This document shows, one piece after another, positions 32,525 to 43,049 of a DNA stretch of 64,000 nucleotides. A program made the translations under genes and the position numbers. Each line of letters opens with the position of its first letter. Within the stretch, counting starts at the first letter, position 1. Under the pieces are notes generated by a model. It was not told where the DNA came from. It did no database searches and saw nothing but the letters and a program-made list of their open reading frames with translations. Origin of the DNA: a virus; IMG/VR virus record IMGVR_UViG_3300009177_000006, positions 5,488 to 69,487 of that record, one strand, 5' to 3'.

Positions 32525-32581
32525 ATTCAACTCCTTAAGTGAACAAATTGATTTGCCTTAATCCGAAGATCAACGACCGGC

Positions 32582-32992
32582 TTAGCCTAAGTCAGCGATA
32601 AGCCTGTTAGCGACGCTATCGGCTTTAATAGCCCGAGCACGTCTTACAGCCGCCGTTGCCGCCACCGCCGCCGCTACTGTCACATTGCCAGCCGCCGCGC
32701 CGCCTACAATTGCATTGTTAACCGCCGTGTATGTCGGTGAACCGTCATACGGGAGGTCACAATAACCACGGTCTTGAACAGTCGCCACGTTATCGGCTTC
32801 GACCTTAATCAGCTTGCCGAAAACCTCGTGACCTGTCGCACATAACCCGACAGTACCTGCCGCCACTAACTCGACCGCCTTGCCGACTTGGTTAGAGCCA
32901 AACTGCGCCGTAGCCAAGTAAGTAATTGACGTGCCGTCAATGAGAAAGGTCGTGTATCTAGCATGTACCTCGTAATATTCTGGTGATGCCAT
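32582..32992 (-). CDS. head decoration / cement protein
   Basis: Small A/G/V-rich beta protein between protease and capsid. Confidence 0.7.
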   Translation of the reverse strand: MASPEYYEVHARYTTFLIDGTSITYLATAQFGSNQVGKAVELVAAGTVGLCATGHEVFGKLIKVEADNVATVQDRGYCDLPYDGSPTYTAVNNAIVGGAAAGNVTVAAAVAATAAVRRARAIKADSVANRLIADLG

Positions 32993-33051
32993 AACTTTTA
33001 CTCCTGTGAAGTCCTAAAGCCTCAATTCAATTGGCAATCGCGCTGTTGAGA

Positions 33052-34338
33052 TTACACGCCCGCGCCAGCTTCTACCGCCTCGAAACCTTCGGTGATTTCC
33101 TCGCCTTCGGTTTCGTCTGGATCGTCATCACTCTCTACCTCATCGAGTGACGTGCGACCTTTACCCGCAAAGGTTTTGTCACCGATGCCTTTCCAAGACG
33201 CCCGAAGCGATTGAACTGATTCGACCGGCATCGCCTCAAGCATTGCTCTTTGCGCGACCTCGTCAAAATCATCCCCGTTCGCCCTGACACCTTCTTTCAC
33301 CGCATCGTCAACCAACGCCTTGCGCAGTTTGACACCGTCTGCCGCGTCTTTCTCAAGACCACGCAAACGAGTGATTTCAGTCCTTGCCTCTGACAGCAAT
33401 TCCATGACATCGTTTTGCGTACCGACACGCACCGTCTTTAAGCCGAAGTCGCGAGCAAAGCTACGCATCTCGGCGTAAATCTCGGAATTGTCTGGCGCGC
33501 CAGACAAAGTCTTGTCTTTCGTCTCGTCTTTTTCTCCCATTTCATTCTCCTTTGTTTGTCTATCGCCAGACAGGATCGCTGGCTCTTTGAACTTAACCCG
33601 ATACTGCGTCTCTAGAAAACGCTGAGTGGCCGGTTTAAGTCGGCCAGCTTCTAATTCACGGCGCGCCTTGGTAATCATCGCGTTCGGTGTTGCGCCGTCA
33701 AACACCGCCGATACTTCTGATAATCGGGCGTCCTCAATCCAAGCGAAACACAAAATCTCGCGTGTGGTTTGCTCGTCTGGGTCAGCCTCGGGATTATCAA
33801 TCACTTCGTACATCACTCCCGGTATGTGCGGACAATCCCAATCCCACATATCGCAACCGCATACTGAGCAGACGTATTCGCCTCGTGAGAATCCGATCGA
33901 AACGTCACGCACGATGCCGTACTGTACCGAGTTGATGAACTGATTTGTATCTAAACCTGTAATGTTGAGATTGCGGACCGTGTAAAAGTCAGCCATGACA
34001 CGAGGAAAATTCTCGTCATCACTTGCGCCTTCCTCGTATGTCGCATTTATCGAGTAGCCGATTGGCAGTTCGCCGTGTCGATGACTATTCAAAAAGGCGA
34101 TACCGGCATTAGCATCAGCCGCATAATTCTTGAGCGAGGACGCCGCCATTTTCGTAAAGTACGAATCGAGTTGGCTATTTGATATCTCAGCCGTGAACGT
34201 GAATATGTCCTCGTCTGGCACATCGGCAAGAGCCGGTTGATTCGCCCTGACCTGTTTAAGTAGTTGAGCGCGTGTTCTGTCAGAATCAACGACTCGTGCC
34301 GTAAACTCCTGCGCTACCATATTGTCATCTTGTTTCAT
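33052..34338 (-). CDS. prohead protease / scaffold
   Basis: FLNSH, DVSIGF, CSVCG..CPHIPG, EVSAVFDGATPNA; acidic helical C-terminus. Confidence 0.85.
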   Translation of the reverse strand: MKQDDNMVAQEFTARVVDSDRTRAQLLKQVRANQPALADVPDEDIFTFTAEISNSQLDSYFTKMAASSLKNYAADANAGIAFLNSHRHGELPIGYSINATYEEGASDDENFPRVMADFYTVRNLNITGLDTNQFINSVQYGIVRDVSIGFSRGEYVCSVCGCDMWDWDCPHIPGVMYEVIDNPEADPDEQTTREILCFAWIEDARLSEVSAVFDGATPNAMITKARRELEAGRLKPATQRFLETQYRVKFKEPAILSGDRQTKENEMGEKDETKDKTLSGAPDNSEIYAEMRSFARDFGLKTVRVGTQNDVMELLSEARTEITRLRGLEKDAADGVKLRKALVDDAVKEGVRANGDDFDEVAQRAMLEAMPVESVQSLRASWKGIGDKTFAGKGRTSLDEVESDDDPDETEGEEITEGFEAVEAGAGV

Positions 34339-34731
34339 GGTTTGTTTACCTTCACGTTCGGTCTGGCACTGTGAGGTCTGTTCGCCATTGGTTTGACCTC
34401 GCGCCGGTCGTACAGCTTACGGACCTTATGCTTGATTCTCTGACCGGCTTCACGTTGCAAGTCATCGTCAACTATCTCGTTTAACTCATCGGCGCTGTGA
34501 CCGATATACTTGTTGATTTTTAGGGACATAAAATAGAAAACGCTCCGCAAGCCGGTTAAGACTTACGGAGCGCGAAACTTCCGTCAACTGAAATCGCCTA
34601 CGCATGACACCTTGAAGAAAACGTAACGCCCGATTGGCAACGAAGCGTGGTACTAAAACAACAAGGTTACAGGCAATTCCTATCGCTGGATTTTCAAAGC
34701 GTGATGTTGGTCACGGTTACCACGCGGAAGC

Positions 34732-34761
34732 AGATTAACACGATGTTAAAATTCGTGTCAA
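34732..34761 (-). promoter_or_regulatory. sigma70-like promoter upstream of capsid genes
   Basis: TTGACA-18-TAATCT with extended -10 TG. Confidence 0.5.
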
Positions 34762-34775
34762 GCGCCGCGTTAAAT

Positions 34776-35126
34776 TTAGTCAGTAACAGGCGCCGGGATA
34801 TCCTCAGCCGGTCCAGCCTGAATCTCAGACACGAACGCCTCGCCCTGAGTAACGACATAGTCAAGCGTCGAAACGAGGACGCGAGTCTGGTCAGCATCGG
34901 GATCGCCGTCAGCCGTGCATGATGCTACGCCAGCCGCATTTGCCGAACCGTCTGTACCGTTAAGGAACGCCTTGGTTTCGTCGTTGGGATCGACCTCAAG
35001 CGAGGCGATATCGGGATTTGAATTATCCCATTTAACCGTACCGGCTTCGTGAGTTGCCGGATGACCGTTGGCCGTTTTGAAATTGGCCTGTAGCGGAATA
35101 CGTTGACCTTCTCTAAGTTCTGCCAT
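34776..35126 (-). CDS. Ig-like domain protein
   Basis: AAGGAG RBS before MAELREG; VKWDNSNPDIASL Big-domain pattern. Confidence 0.65.
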   Translation of the reverse strand: MAELREGQRIPLQANFKTANGHPATHEAGTVKWDNSNPDIASLEVDPNDETKAFLNGTDGSANAAGVASCTADGDPDADQTRVLVSTLDYVVTQGEAFVSEIQAGPAEDIPAPVTD

Positions 35127-35313
35127 TTCTATATCTCCTTTAATTGTGATGCCGTTTAGGCTGATTATCCATCCACCTTTTGCCGTCTGCGGACATTCAT
35201 CACAAGGCGTCTGTATGTCGTACGCCAAAGCGAGTAAAGCCGCATAGACCTTGAGTAGATACCGTAAACAGGCTTTAGATGAATTTGACATTTTCTTCCC
35301 CCTGTCACTGTTC

Positions 35314-35342
35314 ATATTAACGCCCTAAATTCGGCGCGTCAA
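35314..35342 (-). promoter_or_regulatory. sigma70-like promoter
   Basis: TTGACG-17-TAATAT. Confidence 0.45.
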
Positions 35343-35357
35343 TCGCTTAATAAAAAA

Positions 35358-35597
35358 TTAAGTTCTAGGCTCAAACACGTTCTTCGCCAGACAAGATACG
35401 CACCGAAAAACTGTGCGATTTGTCATCATCATATTACCGTTGATAAGGTTTCTCTTTTCGATGATACCGATACAACGAGTACAGCAACGGCAACGGGCAA
35501 TGTTACCGTCTACCACAATCGGCGCTGGCATATCAGGCCGAATGTTTTTGTCTGGCGCGCCAGACAATTTCGGGACGTTGTTTACACGAGAATCCAT
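35358..35597 (-). CDS. small Zn-ribbon protein (Com-like)
   Basis: RCRCCTR..RCVSC..N. Confidence 0.55.
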   Translation of the reverse strand: MDSRVNNVPKLSGAPDKNIRPDMPAPIVVDGNIARCRCCTRCIGIIEKRNLINGNMMMTNRTVFRCVSCLAKNVFEPRT

Positions 35598-36248
35598 TTA
35601 CACTAACTCGCTTGTAGGAGTTTTCCTAAATTCAAATACACATCGACACCGCGCGCCGCATTGACTGTCGCCTATACGTCTTAATGCTCCCATCGGTTGC
35701 CAACCTTGACCGGCTTCAACGATACAGTCATTACATGAGCGTCCCGAATTTATAACTCGCCGCTCTTGGTCCATACCGGCGACCTGTTCACGCATACGTA
35801 AGCCGTTCTGGTACGTATTGAATCCTGCCTCGCCGTACATCGAGGCTCTATCAGCGAACCGACCGTTAAAGGGAACTTGCCCGACTACCGCGCCGAAAAT
35901 AAATTGATCCCAATACCTCAGTTGCGAGGCTATCGCGGCGTCTGCATCTGCCCAGACACTCGCGTTCGATGTCGAAAACTCAATCGCAGCTTTCTTACCG
36001 CCAAGGGCAATGACCGTATACGCCGTGTGCATATCCTTGATGAGTTGTCGTGTCTCGGTTGCCCACGCTATAAACTTCTCATTGGTGAAGTTGTCAATCA
36101 TCGCCTGCGTATTCTGTTTGATTTGAGCGGCGAATTTATTAGACGAGTTCTCAACGTGGCTCGTGATGGTCTTTTGAGCAACGAAGCGACCTGACGCATC
36201 CCGATAGCGCCTGACGTTGTGATACCACTGATATTTCGGCTTAGGCAT
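35598..36248 (-). CDS. head morphogenesis / minor capsid protein (gpF-like)
   Basis: C-terminal SCNDC..CGARCRC motif. Confidence 0.7.
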   Translation of the reverse strand: MPKPKYQWYHNVRRYRDASGRFVAQKTITSHVENSSNKFAAQIKQNTQAMIDNFTNEKFIAWATETRQLIKDMHTAYTVIALGGKKAAIEFSTSNASVWADADAAIASQLRYWDQFIFGAVVGQVPFNGRFADRASMYGEAGFNTYQNGLRMREQVAGMDQERRVINSGRSCNDCIVEAGQGWQPMGALRRIGDSQCGARCRCVFEFRKTPTSELV

Positions 36249-36583
36249 TAGACTATTTGGATACAGAAGAATTCTTTGCCCGTCACGTTAGTCGGAAACG
36301 TCTTTACTTGCGTGTTGGGATACGTGACCTGTAATCGGGCATCATAAACGCCTATCGGTAAGGTGTTAGCCGGGACCGAGAACGTGTATGACACTTTACC
36401 AGTCGCCGCATCAACGATTGCGACAGGATCGCCGCTTATTAAAACTGTATGATGGTCACGAGATTGCCAGATAGATATCGTAATGACACAGCCGGTTAAT
36501 ATCTCGGGAACACCGTTACGAAAGAGTTGCATTAAGAGCGGCTCGGAATCGCCTCGTGCGTGGTAATACTTCGGATATGCCAT
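36248..36583 (-). CDS. BppU-N-like Ig domain protein
   Basis: DAATGKVSY..GVYDARLQVTYP..KTFP. Confidence 0.65.
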   Translation of the reverse strand: MAYPKYYHARGDSEPLLMQLFRNGVPEILTGCVITISIWQSRDHHTVLISGDPVAIVDAATGKVSYTFSVPANTLPIGVYDARLQVTYPNTQVKTFPTNVTGKEFFCIQIV

Positions 36584-37600
36584 TTAGTGAACTCCCGTAA
36601 TACCGTTATAAACTAAGAACATTTGAGTCTTGCCGTCTACCTGTATCGTCAACACCGTTAGACCATCTGACAGGAACAAAACATCAAGAGTGTCGTTGTC
36701 GGCTAAGATACCTGTCATCTCGCCAATACCGGCTATATTGCCACTCAATAACCTAGCGATTACGAGCGATCCTAGGCCGTTTGAGACACTTTGAACGTGA
36801 CCTGATAGGTTACGCTCAACTCGTAAATTGCCCACGGTCAGAGCGAGGCCGTTCGGGTGTCCTGACAAGATAACGTTATTACCTGCGCCGATACCGCCAA
36901 GCACCGTTGAGTGACCGGCTGGCGTTCCTGTCAGATAACGAGTCAATAAGATTAACCCGTTAGTGATACCGTGACTGTCTGGCGCGCCAGACAAATATCG
37001 TTCAACCCTGATGACGCCTGATACAAGTCCCTGACCTATCGGATGACCAGTTAGATTGCGTGTCAGCTTTATGACGCCGCCACAATTACCTAGCCCCGCA
37101 ATCGAGCCCGACAAGTTACGTTGAACCAGTAAACCGCCGCTTGCCGAGCCGATTGCGTTCGCCTGACCGAGCAACTTACGGGTAATCTGGCATGAGCCTG
37201 ACACAGTACCCAAACCAGACGGAGCGCCGGTCAAGACTTTGAGGATAATAAAACTTCCGCTAACGCTACCAGAGCCAGCCACCGTGCCTAGTAGTTTTCG
37301 TGTGACGTTGAGACTGCCTTGAGCGTTAGCGGATGCGAGTACATTACTAGTCAACCTTCGTTCAACCCTGACTGTACCAGCGACTATGCTCGTGCCGGTT
37401 GGTTGACCAGTAATGACGCGCCGAACATTCAAAGAACCGCCGACCGTTGACGTGCCGGTTATTGATCCCGATAAAAGCTTTGTACTCGGCGCCTCGAAAA
37501 ACTCGTTGGCAACGATGTACGTGTTATCGCCTGCCGAGTGTTTGACAAGCGATGAACTGGTTAATGTAAACGATGGTTCACGGCGAAAGAAACTAGCCAT
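36584..37600 (-). CDS. repeat-containing virion fibre protein
   Basis: About 20-aa repeats (L-G---G---V-G-L-V-R). Confidence 0.65.
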   Translation of the reverse strand: MASFFRREPSFTLTSSSLVKHSAGDNTYIVANEFFEAPSTKLLSGSITGTSTVGGSLNVRRVITGQPTGTSIVAGTVRVERRLTSNVLASANAQGSLNVTRKLLGTVAGSGSVSGSFIILKVLTGAPSGLGTVSGSCQITRKLLGQANAIGSASGGLLVQRNLSGSIAGLGNCGGVIKLTRNLTGHPIGQGLVSGVIRVERYLSGAPDSHGITNGLILLTRYLTGTPAGHSTVLGGIGAGNNVILSGHPNGLALTVGNLRVERNLSGHVQSVSNGLGSLVIARLLSGNIAGIGEMTGILADNDTLDVLFLSDGLTVLTIQVDGKTQMFLVYNGITGVH

Positions 37601-38390
37601 TTGCTATCTCAATCATTAACTCTGGGATACCCGTTGACGTTGAGTCAGCCGAGAATACAGGGAATAACGCCGAGTCGGTCCACACTTCGACTAAGCCGGT
37701 CTTTAACATATCGTGTACGTCACCTGCGTTCACGAGGTTAACGCGACCTGACCATAACGGGCGCAGTACGAGCACGTTGAACGTCCCGGCTGATGCGACC
37801 GAGCCGACAACGTTTTCTATTTTCTGTACGCCCGAATCACCTGCGGCTAACGGTAGTTGCCACATACGACCGACAGTCGGAGCCGCACCGATACCAGTTG
37901 CGCCGGTTGTCTTACCTGTCGTGCCAGCTTGGTTCGTATACGTCACGTTGACAGCTTGGTTAAGTGTTGCCGCCGTGACCTGCTCAACCCAAATCTGCAA
38001 GCCGGTATAATCCGTACCGCTTGGTATACGTGACGAGTAAGCCGGTTGAGATGTCAATGCCACACTCGCGTTAAAGGCGTATGCACCGGCTTTGAATAGA
38101 CAGTCGTAAAGATCGAGCCAACCGGCTACAGTGTTAGCGAACTCAACCTTGGAAATGTAACCTCGTGCCGCACCGCCAAAAGCGTTGATGATAGGAAAAC
38201 CGGCGACCGAGTCATCAGGCTTAACACCGTTCGCCGTGTTAGCCCCTGCCAACACTCCCGCTCCCGGTTGACCGGCTAGATCGAACATCGAGAACGGGAA
38301 AGCGGCGACTGAGGTCCGCGAGGCTGATTTGAAATATTGCACACGCTGTTTCGGCGCGGCAATCAAACCGTCTAACGTGGTAATAGACAT
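37593..38390 (-). CDS. putative virion structural protein
   Basis: VTYTNQAGTTGKT, LPLAAGDSGVQKI; A/G/T-rich. Confidence 0.65.
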   Translation of the reverse strand: MSITTLDGLIAAPKQRVQYFKSASRTSVAAFPFSMFDLAGQPGAGVLAGANTANGVKPDDSVAGFPIINAFGGAARGYISKVEFANTVAGWLDLYDCLFKAGAYAFNASVALTSQPAYSSRIPSGTDYTGLQIWVEQVTAATLNQAVNVTYTNQAGTTGKTTGATGIGAAPTVGRMWQLPLAAGDSGVQKIENVVGSVASAGTFNVLVLRPLWSGRVNLVNAGDVHDMLKTGLVEVWTDSALFPVFSADSTSTGIPELMIEIANG

Positions 38391-38392
38391 AG

Positions 38393-38788
38393 TTAGTCCT
38401 CGCTGATTGTGAGCGTACCCGACAGGAACTTAACAACATCGTCCTGTACGATAGGTTTATTCGGCGTCTGTGCGTTGTAATAAAGCTGATTACCTGCACC
38501 GTATGTACCGTTATCGACAATCGCCCAACCGACGACCGTTCCCCACGAACCCGTAGGATTTGGGAAAGTGACATCGGCGTTATTTGATATCGAGCCGCCA
38601 GACGGCGCGGCGAAGTTGACTGCGGTCCGAGCATAGCCGTTAGCGTTGGCACACTCGGTAACGGTCGATGTTTCGCCGTTGGTCACGACCGTAAAGAGCG
38701 CAATGTAGCATTGAGCGATTGCGCTGATTGCCGTATTACGTAGGACGTTCAAGACGGCGTTCTCATAATAGTCAGTTTTGCTTCCCAT
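38393..38788 (-). CDS. small virion (fibre-associated) protein
   Basis: YENAVLN, YIALFT, GYAR, SWGTV motifs common in phage structural genes. Confidence 0.7.
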   Translation of the reverse strand: MGSKTDYYENAVLNVLRNTAISAIAQCYIALFTVVTNGETSTVTECANANGYARTAVNFAAPSGGSISNNADVTFPNPTGSWGTVVGWAIVDNGTYGAGNQLYYNAQTPNKPIVQDDVVKFLSGTLTISED

Positions 38789-38790
38789 GA

Positions 38791-38982
38791 TTACGCCTCC
38801 TTCGGTGCGTACCAGTCATTCGTACTGGCTTGACGCTCATACGTGACGCCTTGAAATTCGATAAGCCGTGTAGCATTGGCTGTCGGCAACTCAAGGGTTA
38901 CTTTCAGCTTGCCGTCTGCACGGTAAAGATTACACTTGACGGTTTCAGGCGGTACGAACGCCTGACCATTTTGTTCTGCCAT
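38791..38982 (-). CDS. hypothetical protein
   Basis: AGGAG RBS. Confidence 0.6.
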   Translation of the reverse strand: MAEQNGQAFVPPETVKCNLYRADGKLKVTLELPTANATRLIEFQGVTYERQASTNDWYAPKEA

Positions 38983-39026
38983 TGGTTGTTCTCCTGTGGT
39001 TGAAATTTGTCTGGCGCGCCAGACAT

Positions 39027-40778
39027 CTACTGAATGACTGTGGTCGTGTCCTCAGGCTCAGCCGGGACATTGTCGGCGTCATAAAGATTAGTAAGCAACT
39101 CGTCATCAATCGAGTCTAAGAATTTCTCGGCGTCATCGAGTTCGCCAAGTGTCGGTTGACGCTTCTTAAAAAAGATGTCAGCGAGCAATGTACGGATCGA
39201 CCGACCTTCGCCGGGATTTGGGTTTTCCTGTAAGGCGTTGTTTGCGGCAATGGCTGTACCGGGAGCCATTTGGGTAACTCGCGGTTCTGGTTGGTCTGCC
39301 ACTTCTTTGTCTGCGCCAAGCTGTGCGGCCTCGTCTTGAGATATCCAGCCACGGTCATACTCAAGCGCCGCTCGTTGTGCTCTCATCAACGCGACTTGCT
39401 CATCACGCATTTGTTCAGCCGCTCGGAACTGAGCGAACCTTGCCTCAACGTCAACGAGATACCCGTAAGCTTGCATCGCCAAGGTAAATAAATCCTCTAA
39501 GGCGTTTTCGACAGGATGCTGTACAGACTCGATACCTTTGGCGTATATCTCCCACTCGCGATTAGCTTGCGTTTCTGAGCGTGATTGGTCAGTGCCCATT
39601 AGGATCGGCATCGTCTTTAACGCCCTGACCGCCATACGCTCGATACACTTAAAGAGCGCGTCTATCGCGCCGAGTGAATCAGACGTGACCGAGCCGACCG
39701 GCTTATTGACCTTAACCGTATCAGGATGCACATATGTATCGTCAGGCTCTAGTGAGGCATACGCCGCCGTGACATCGTCAACGAGCGATTGCATCCACTC
39801 AGTAACTTTTTTCGGATTGCCTTCAATGTCTGTCGGCATTGTCTCGCGCAACTTGTCAAACAGAATTTCGACATCGAGGCGCAAGTAGCCTTGATGCTGT
39901 ACGACACGTTTCGTATCGCGCAACACTGCCATTAAAAAGACGGCGAGGAAAAAGGCAGATGAGCAAAGACTATGACCTTCAATCGAGTCAGGGTTAGGAT
40001 GAACCGGCACGTAGCGTACCGTTGGGATATTAAGACTCACAAAGCCGCCAAGACGCGGTCCGCTCGTCATGCCGTCTTTTAATTGCCGTTGACCGAAGTC
40101 CCAACACTGACCTCGTAACTCGTCAAACTTGCGCCGGTAGGTAAGCGTTGCGGGATCGGGAGTCGCGATGTCTACGAATTCATACCCTGCGTCATCTAAC
40201 ACGAGTTCCATTAAAAACGAGCCACGCAGAAAAATCGTTTTATAGACACGGTCGAAGAACACACTCAACGCGCCGTTGTACGCCGACAGCTTCGCCAGTA
40301 TGACATCGTCCATATACGCCTGAGCGACTTCGTCAAGGTCTTTCGTGCCGGGATGAAAACATTTGACCTCAAAGCCGGGATTACACAACAAGAGAAAGTC
40401 CCAGAGCGCCTTTGATATCTCGGGCGAGATGTCCGCAAGTATCTCGGACATCTGCTCAAAGGTCATATTGCGAAAGCTGTTAAAGTCAAGCGTCTGCCCA
40501 AAACCAAAACGCTGTACCCAACGTTGCTTGGCAACAATGTCCCATTCTGTAAAGTTTGGAAAGGTGTCTAAGGTTTCGACGGACTGGCGACCGCCGGTCA
40601 GGTCTTTCTTGGCGACTGCACCGGCCGGTGCGTTTGGTGTGTCTCGGGAACTGTCTGGCGCGCCAGACAAACCTTTAACAACGGCTTGAGGAAAACGCGG
40701 CGCTGTCTCTGATTGCTCAGCCGATGAAGCTTTATCTTTGCGTGATAGTGTGATGCCGAATGGCAGACGTATTTCCAT
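39027..40778 (-). CDS. portal protein
   Basis: 583 aa directly after TerL; YDRGWISQDEAA C-terminal portal motif. Confidence 0.85.
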   Translation of the reverse strand: MEIRLPFGITLSRKDKASSAEQSETAPRFPQAVVKGLSGAPDSSRDTPNAPAGAVAKKDLTGGRQSVETLDTFPNFTEWDIVAKQRWVQRFGFGQTLDFNSFRNMTFEQMSEILADISPEISKALWDFLLLCNPGFEVKCFHPGTKDLDEVAQAYMDDVILAKLSAYNGALSVFFDRVYKTIFLRGSFLMELVLDDAGYEFVDIATPDPATLTYRRKFDELRGQCWDFGQRQLKDGMTSGPRLGGFVSLNIPTVRYVPVHPNPDSIEGHSLCSSAFFLAVFLMAVLRDTKRVVQHQGYLRLDVEILFDKLRETMPTDIEGNPKKVTEWMQSLVDDVTAAYASLEPDDTYVHPDTVKVNKPVGSVTSDSLGAIDALFKCIERMAVRALKTMPILMGTDQSRSETQANREWEIYAKGIESVQHPVENALEDLFTLAMQAYGYLVDVEARFAQFRAAEQMRDEQVALMRAQRAALEYDRGWISQDEAAQLGADKEVADQPEPRVTQMAPGTAIAANNALQENPNPGEGRSIRTLLADIFFKKRQPTLGELDDAEKFLDSIDDELLTNLYDADNVPAEPEDTTTVIQ

Positions 40779-40782
40779 ATGA

Positions 40783-42474
40783 TTACCAGCCTTTCGCTTT
40801 GCCCGAAGGTAGGGCGGTTATACTGATGCCTTTTGGTCTTTGTGAACATTGCCACAGAGCCATGCTTTGACACACGGCTAGATCAATCGGCTTGGCATTA
40901 GCACCTGTACCTTTGACTATGCGGATTACGGTTGTGTTGGCGTCTGTCTGCACATCGGCTTTCGCCGCGTCTAGGTGCGATTCTAAATCACTATTATCGA
41001 GGTTGTCAATCTTAAACGCCTGATACTGTTGAAGCATGAACGTATCGGATTTTTTACGCTCAGTTGTTTGTCCGAACTCAGCCATTAACAGGCGGTGCTC
41101 TTTACGTAAATCCATAGCGACTTGATGCATCTGGTAAGGATCGTACCAAACGTCAATAGGCGTCAATCGCTCGCTCTCAATCGCTTTTTTCTCGCCTGCC
41201 CTTGCCTCACGTCGAAGGACAAGTCCTGAGCGATACAACCTCAGTAGTTCGGCAATGACAGTCTCTTTAAGGTCGATGTCTTTACCGCCGGGATTCCACG
41301 CCTTTGCGAAGCCGGTCTTGTACTGACCTTTATCCTCGTATACACCGCACAGACCAACGCAGTCTTTACGCATCGCGGCGTCAATCGCAAACGTCATCGC
41401 TCGGGACGCGCTGACTAGAGCCTTATTACGAAAGCTTGCGGCGAGTATCTCGGATGAGAGTAGTCGCGCCTCAGTCTTTTGCCAACGGTTCTCAAGTAAC
41501 CGCAATATGTTCGTCTCAAGCATACCGAGTCCGACTGTCTCTTGTCGGTGAGCCTCGGCGTTCTCGCCAACCTGCCACGTCATACGGTTGTCATGGTCGT
41601 TGTAATAAAAGAGTCCCTTACTTGGAACTTCATAGCAGGTTGGTATCGGCTCACCTTTGGCGTTCGTGGTCTGTATATCTATCAACTCAGGGACCGGCTG
41701 CGCGCCGACCTTTAGTTCAGTCTCGGTCGTGTCGGTGAAAATGGTTGTGTACAACTCATAGAGTAAATCAGACGAGTCCTCGAAACCGGCATACGTAACG
41801 ATAAAGCGAATTGATATGTTGCGTGTGAGAATCGGCATCAACTCATCCCACAGCAAGCGAGCGCGGTCAGATTTATATGCCCACAGTTCGTCCCAGACCG
41901 TCAGCCCGTATGTACCGCCTGCCTCGCTCTCGGGATCGCTCGTTGCGGCCTGTACGATTGAGCCGTTCGACAATATCTTTTTGAATCGTGTCTCATACTG
42001 TTTAGCCCCGAGCGCGGTCAGAGTCGGTTTAGCAAAACCATAGACACGACCAGATGATTGCTCACGGTCGTTGGCGAGTATGTATATTGAGTTCGGCGTT
42101 TCGACGTTTGCGGCAAACCAACAAGCGACCATCGAGCCGGTCGTTGACTTACCAGATTTTTTCGGACAGCTATAGACGATAGTGCGATATGGAAAGCGCC
42201 CGGTCTTAGGATCGAGCGTCAGGCATTTACGTAAGATACGTTTTTGATGCGGCGCTAATTTTACTTTCGGGACTCCGGTGAAATCGAGTGTGTTCGGGTT
42301 ACAGAATTGCGGGTCATAAAAGTTCGACTCGCACCAGTCGGCAATGTCTGGGATAGCGACTGACTTGGCAATATTTGCTTTACGTTTACTGAGTAATTTG
42401 TGTCGAAGTTTCGCCTCTAAGATTTGACGCTCGACAGGATCGAGCGCCCGTAATTGGTCTAAAGCCGGTAACAT
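40783..42474 (-). CDS. terL: terminase large subunit
   Basis: LAPHQ, PKKSGKST Walker A, VWDELW Walker B, AIDAA..D, YDPYQ, IDLAV nuclease motifs. Confidence 0.93.
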   Translation of the reverse strand: MLPALDQLRALDPVERQILEAKLRHKLLSKRKANIAKSVAIPDIADWCESNFYDPQFCNPNTLDFTGVPKVKLAPHQKRILRKCLTLDPKTGRFPYRTIVYSCPKKSGKSTTGSMVACWFAANVETPNSIYILANDREQSSGRVYGFAKPTLTALGAKQYETRFKKILSNGSIVQAATSDPESEAGGTYGLTVWDELWAYKSDRARLLWDELMPILTRNISIRFIVTYAGFEDSSDLLYELYTTIFTDTTETELKVGAQPVPELIDIQTTNAKGEPIPTCYEVPSKGLFYYNDHDNRMTWQVGENAEAHRQETVGLGMLETNILRLLENRWQKTEARLLSSEILAASFRNKALVSASRAMTFAIDAAMRKDCVGLCGVYEDKGQYKTGFAKAWNPGGKDIDLKETVIAELLRLYRSGLVLRREARAGEKKAIESERLTPIDVWYDPYQMHQVAMDLRKEHRLLMAEFGQTTERKKSDTFMLQQYQAFKIDNLDNSDLESHLDAAKADVQTDANTTVIRIVKGTGANAKPIDLAVCQSMALWQCSQRPKGISITALPSGKAKGW

Positions 42475-42603
42475 TATGCCTCTTTGTCTGGCGCGCCAGA
42501 CATTTTTTGAATATTTTTTCGGGCGCTAAAACCTTGATTTACTTCATTTATAACATTATTAAAAAAAAATGTGCAAATTAACGCCTTTTTACCCTTAAAA
42601 CAG

Positions 42604-42632
42604 TTGACATCTCTGTTAAGTACGCGTAGATT
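42604..42632 (+). promoter_or_regulatory. sigma70 early promoter of the ribozyme cassette
   Basis: TTGACA-17-TAGATT with AT-rich UP-like region upstream. Confidence 0.7.
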
Positions 42633-42760
42633 AAGTATTGTTAGGTTGATATTTGATAACTTAAGTCGGCATACATAGATTGGAATTGCCGACAGGACAT
42701 CGAAGGTACAATCAAGTATCCGATGCAAGCTTGAGGTTGACACGCACCGCAGTCAACCAA

Positions 42761-42811
42761 GACCGAAACCGGCTCAGCCGGTCTAAGCGTAAGGCGCTTA
42801 CTGATGAGGTC
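42761..42811 (+). ncRNA. type II hammerhead ribozyme HH1 (cleavage after C42783)
   Basis: GACC-GAAA-CCGGC(TCA)GCCGG-TC-TAAGCG(TAAGG)CGCTTA-CTGATGA-GGTC: complete core and three stems. Confidence 0.92.
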
Positions 42812-42836
42812 AGAATCAAAACTAGGAGCAAACAAA

Positions 42837-43049
42837 ATGGCAAAGATAATCAAACGAGTTAATGGAATGGTAGTCGCGGCGTTGACCGATAAAGAGATGA
42901 CAGACGCTAACGAGTTAGACCGATACGCAGTCTTTACTCAAGACGAATGGGAACAGGGCGCAGGTAATCGATACGCTGATATGTGTTTCGGTATGGCCGA
43001 GCACGCGATAAGCTTTGCGGTACATTACAACGACGAGGTAGATGACTAA
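42837..43049 (+). CDS. early hypothetical protein
   Basis: ACTAGGAGCAAA RBS after HH1. Confidence 0.75.
   Translation: MAKIIKRVNGMVVAALTDKEMTDANELDRYAVFTQDEWEQGAGNRYADMCFGMAEHAISFAVHYNDEVDD

Noticed and set aside
42474-42743. 89-aa minus-strand ORF upstream of terL as terS
   Set aside because: Runs through an AT-rich promoter region with no RBS and no TerS features
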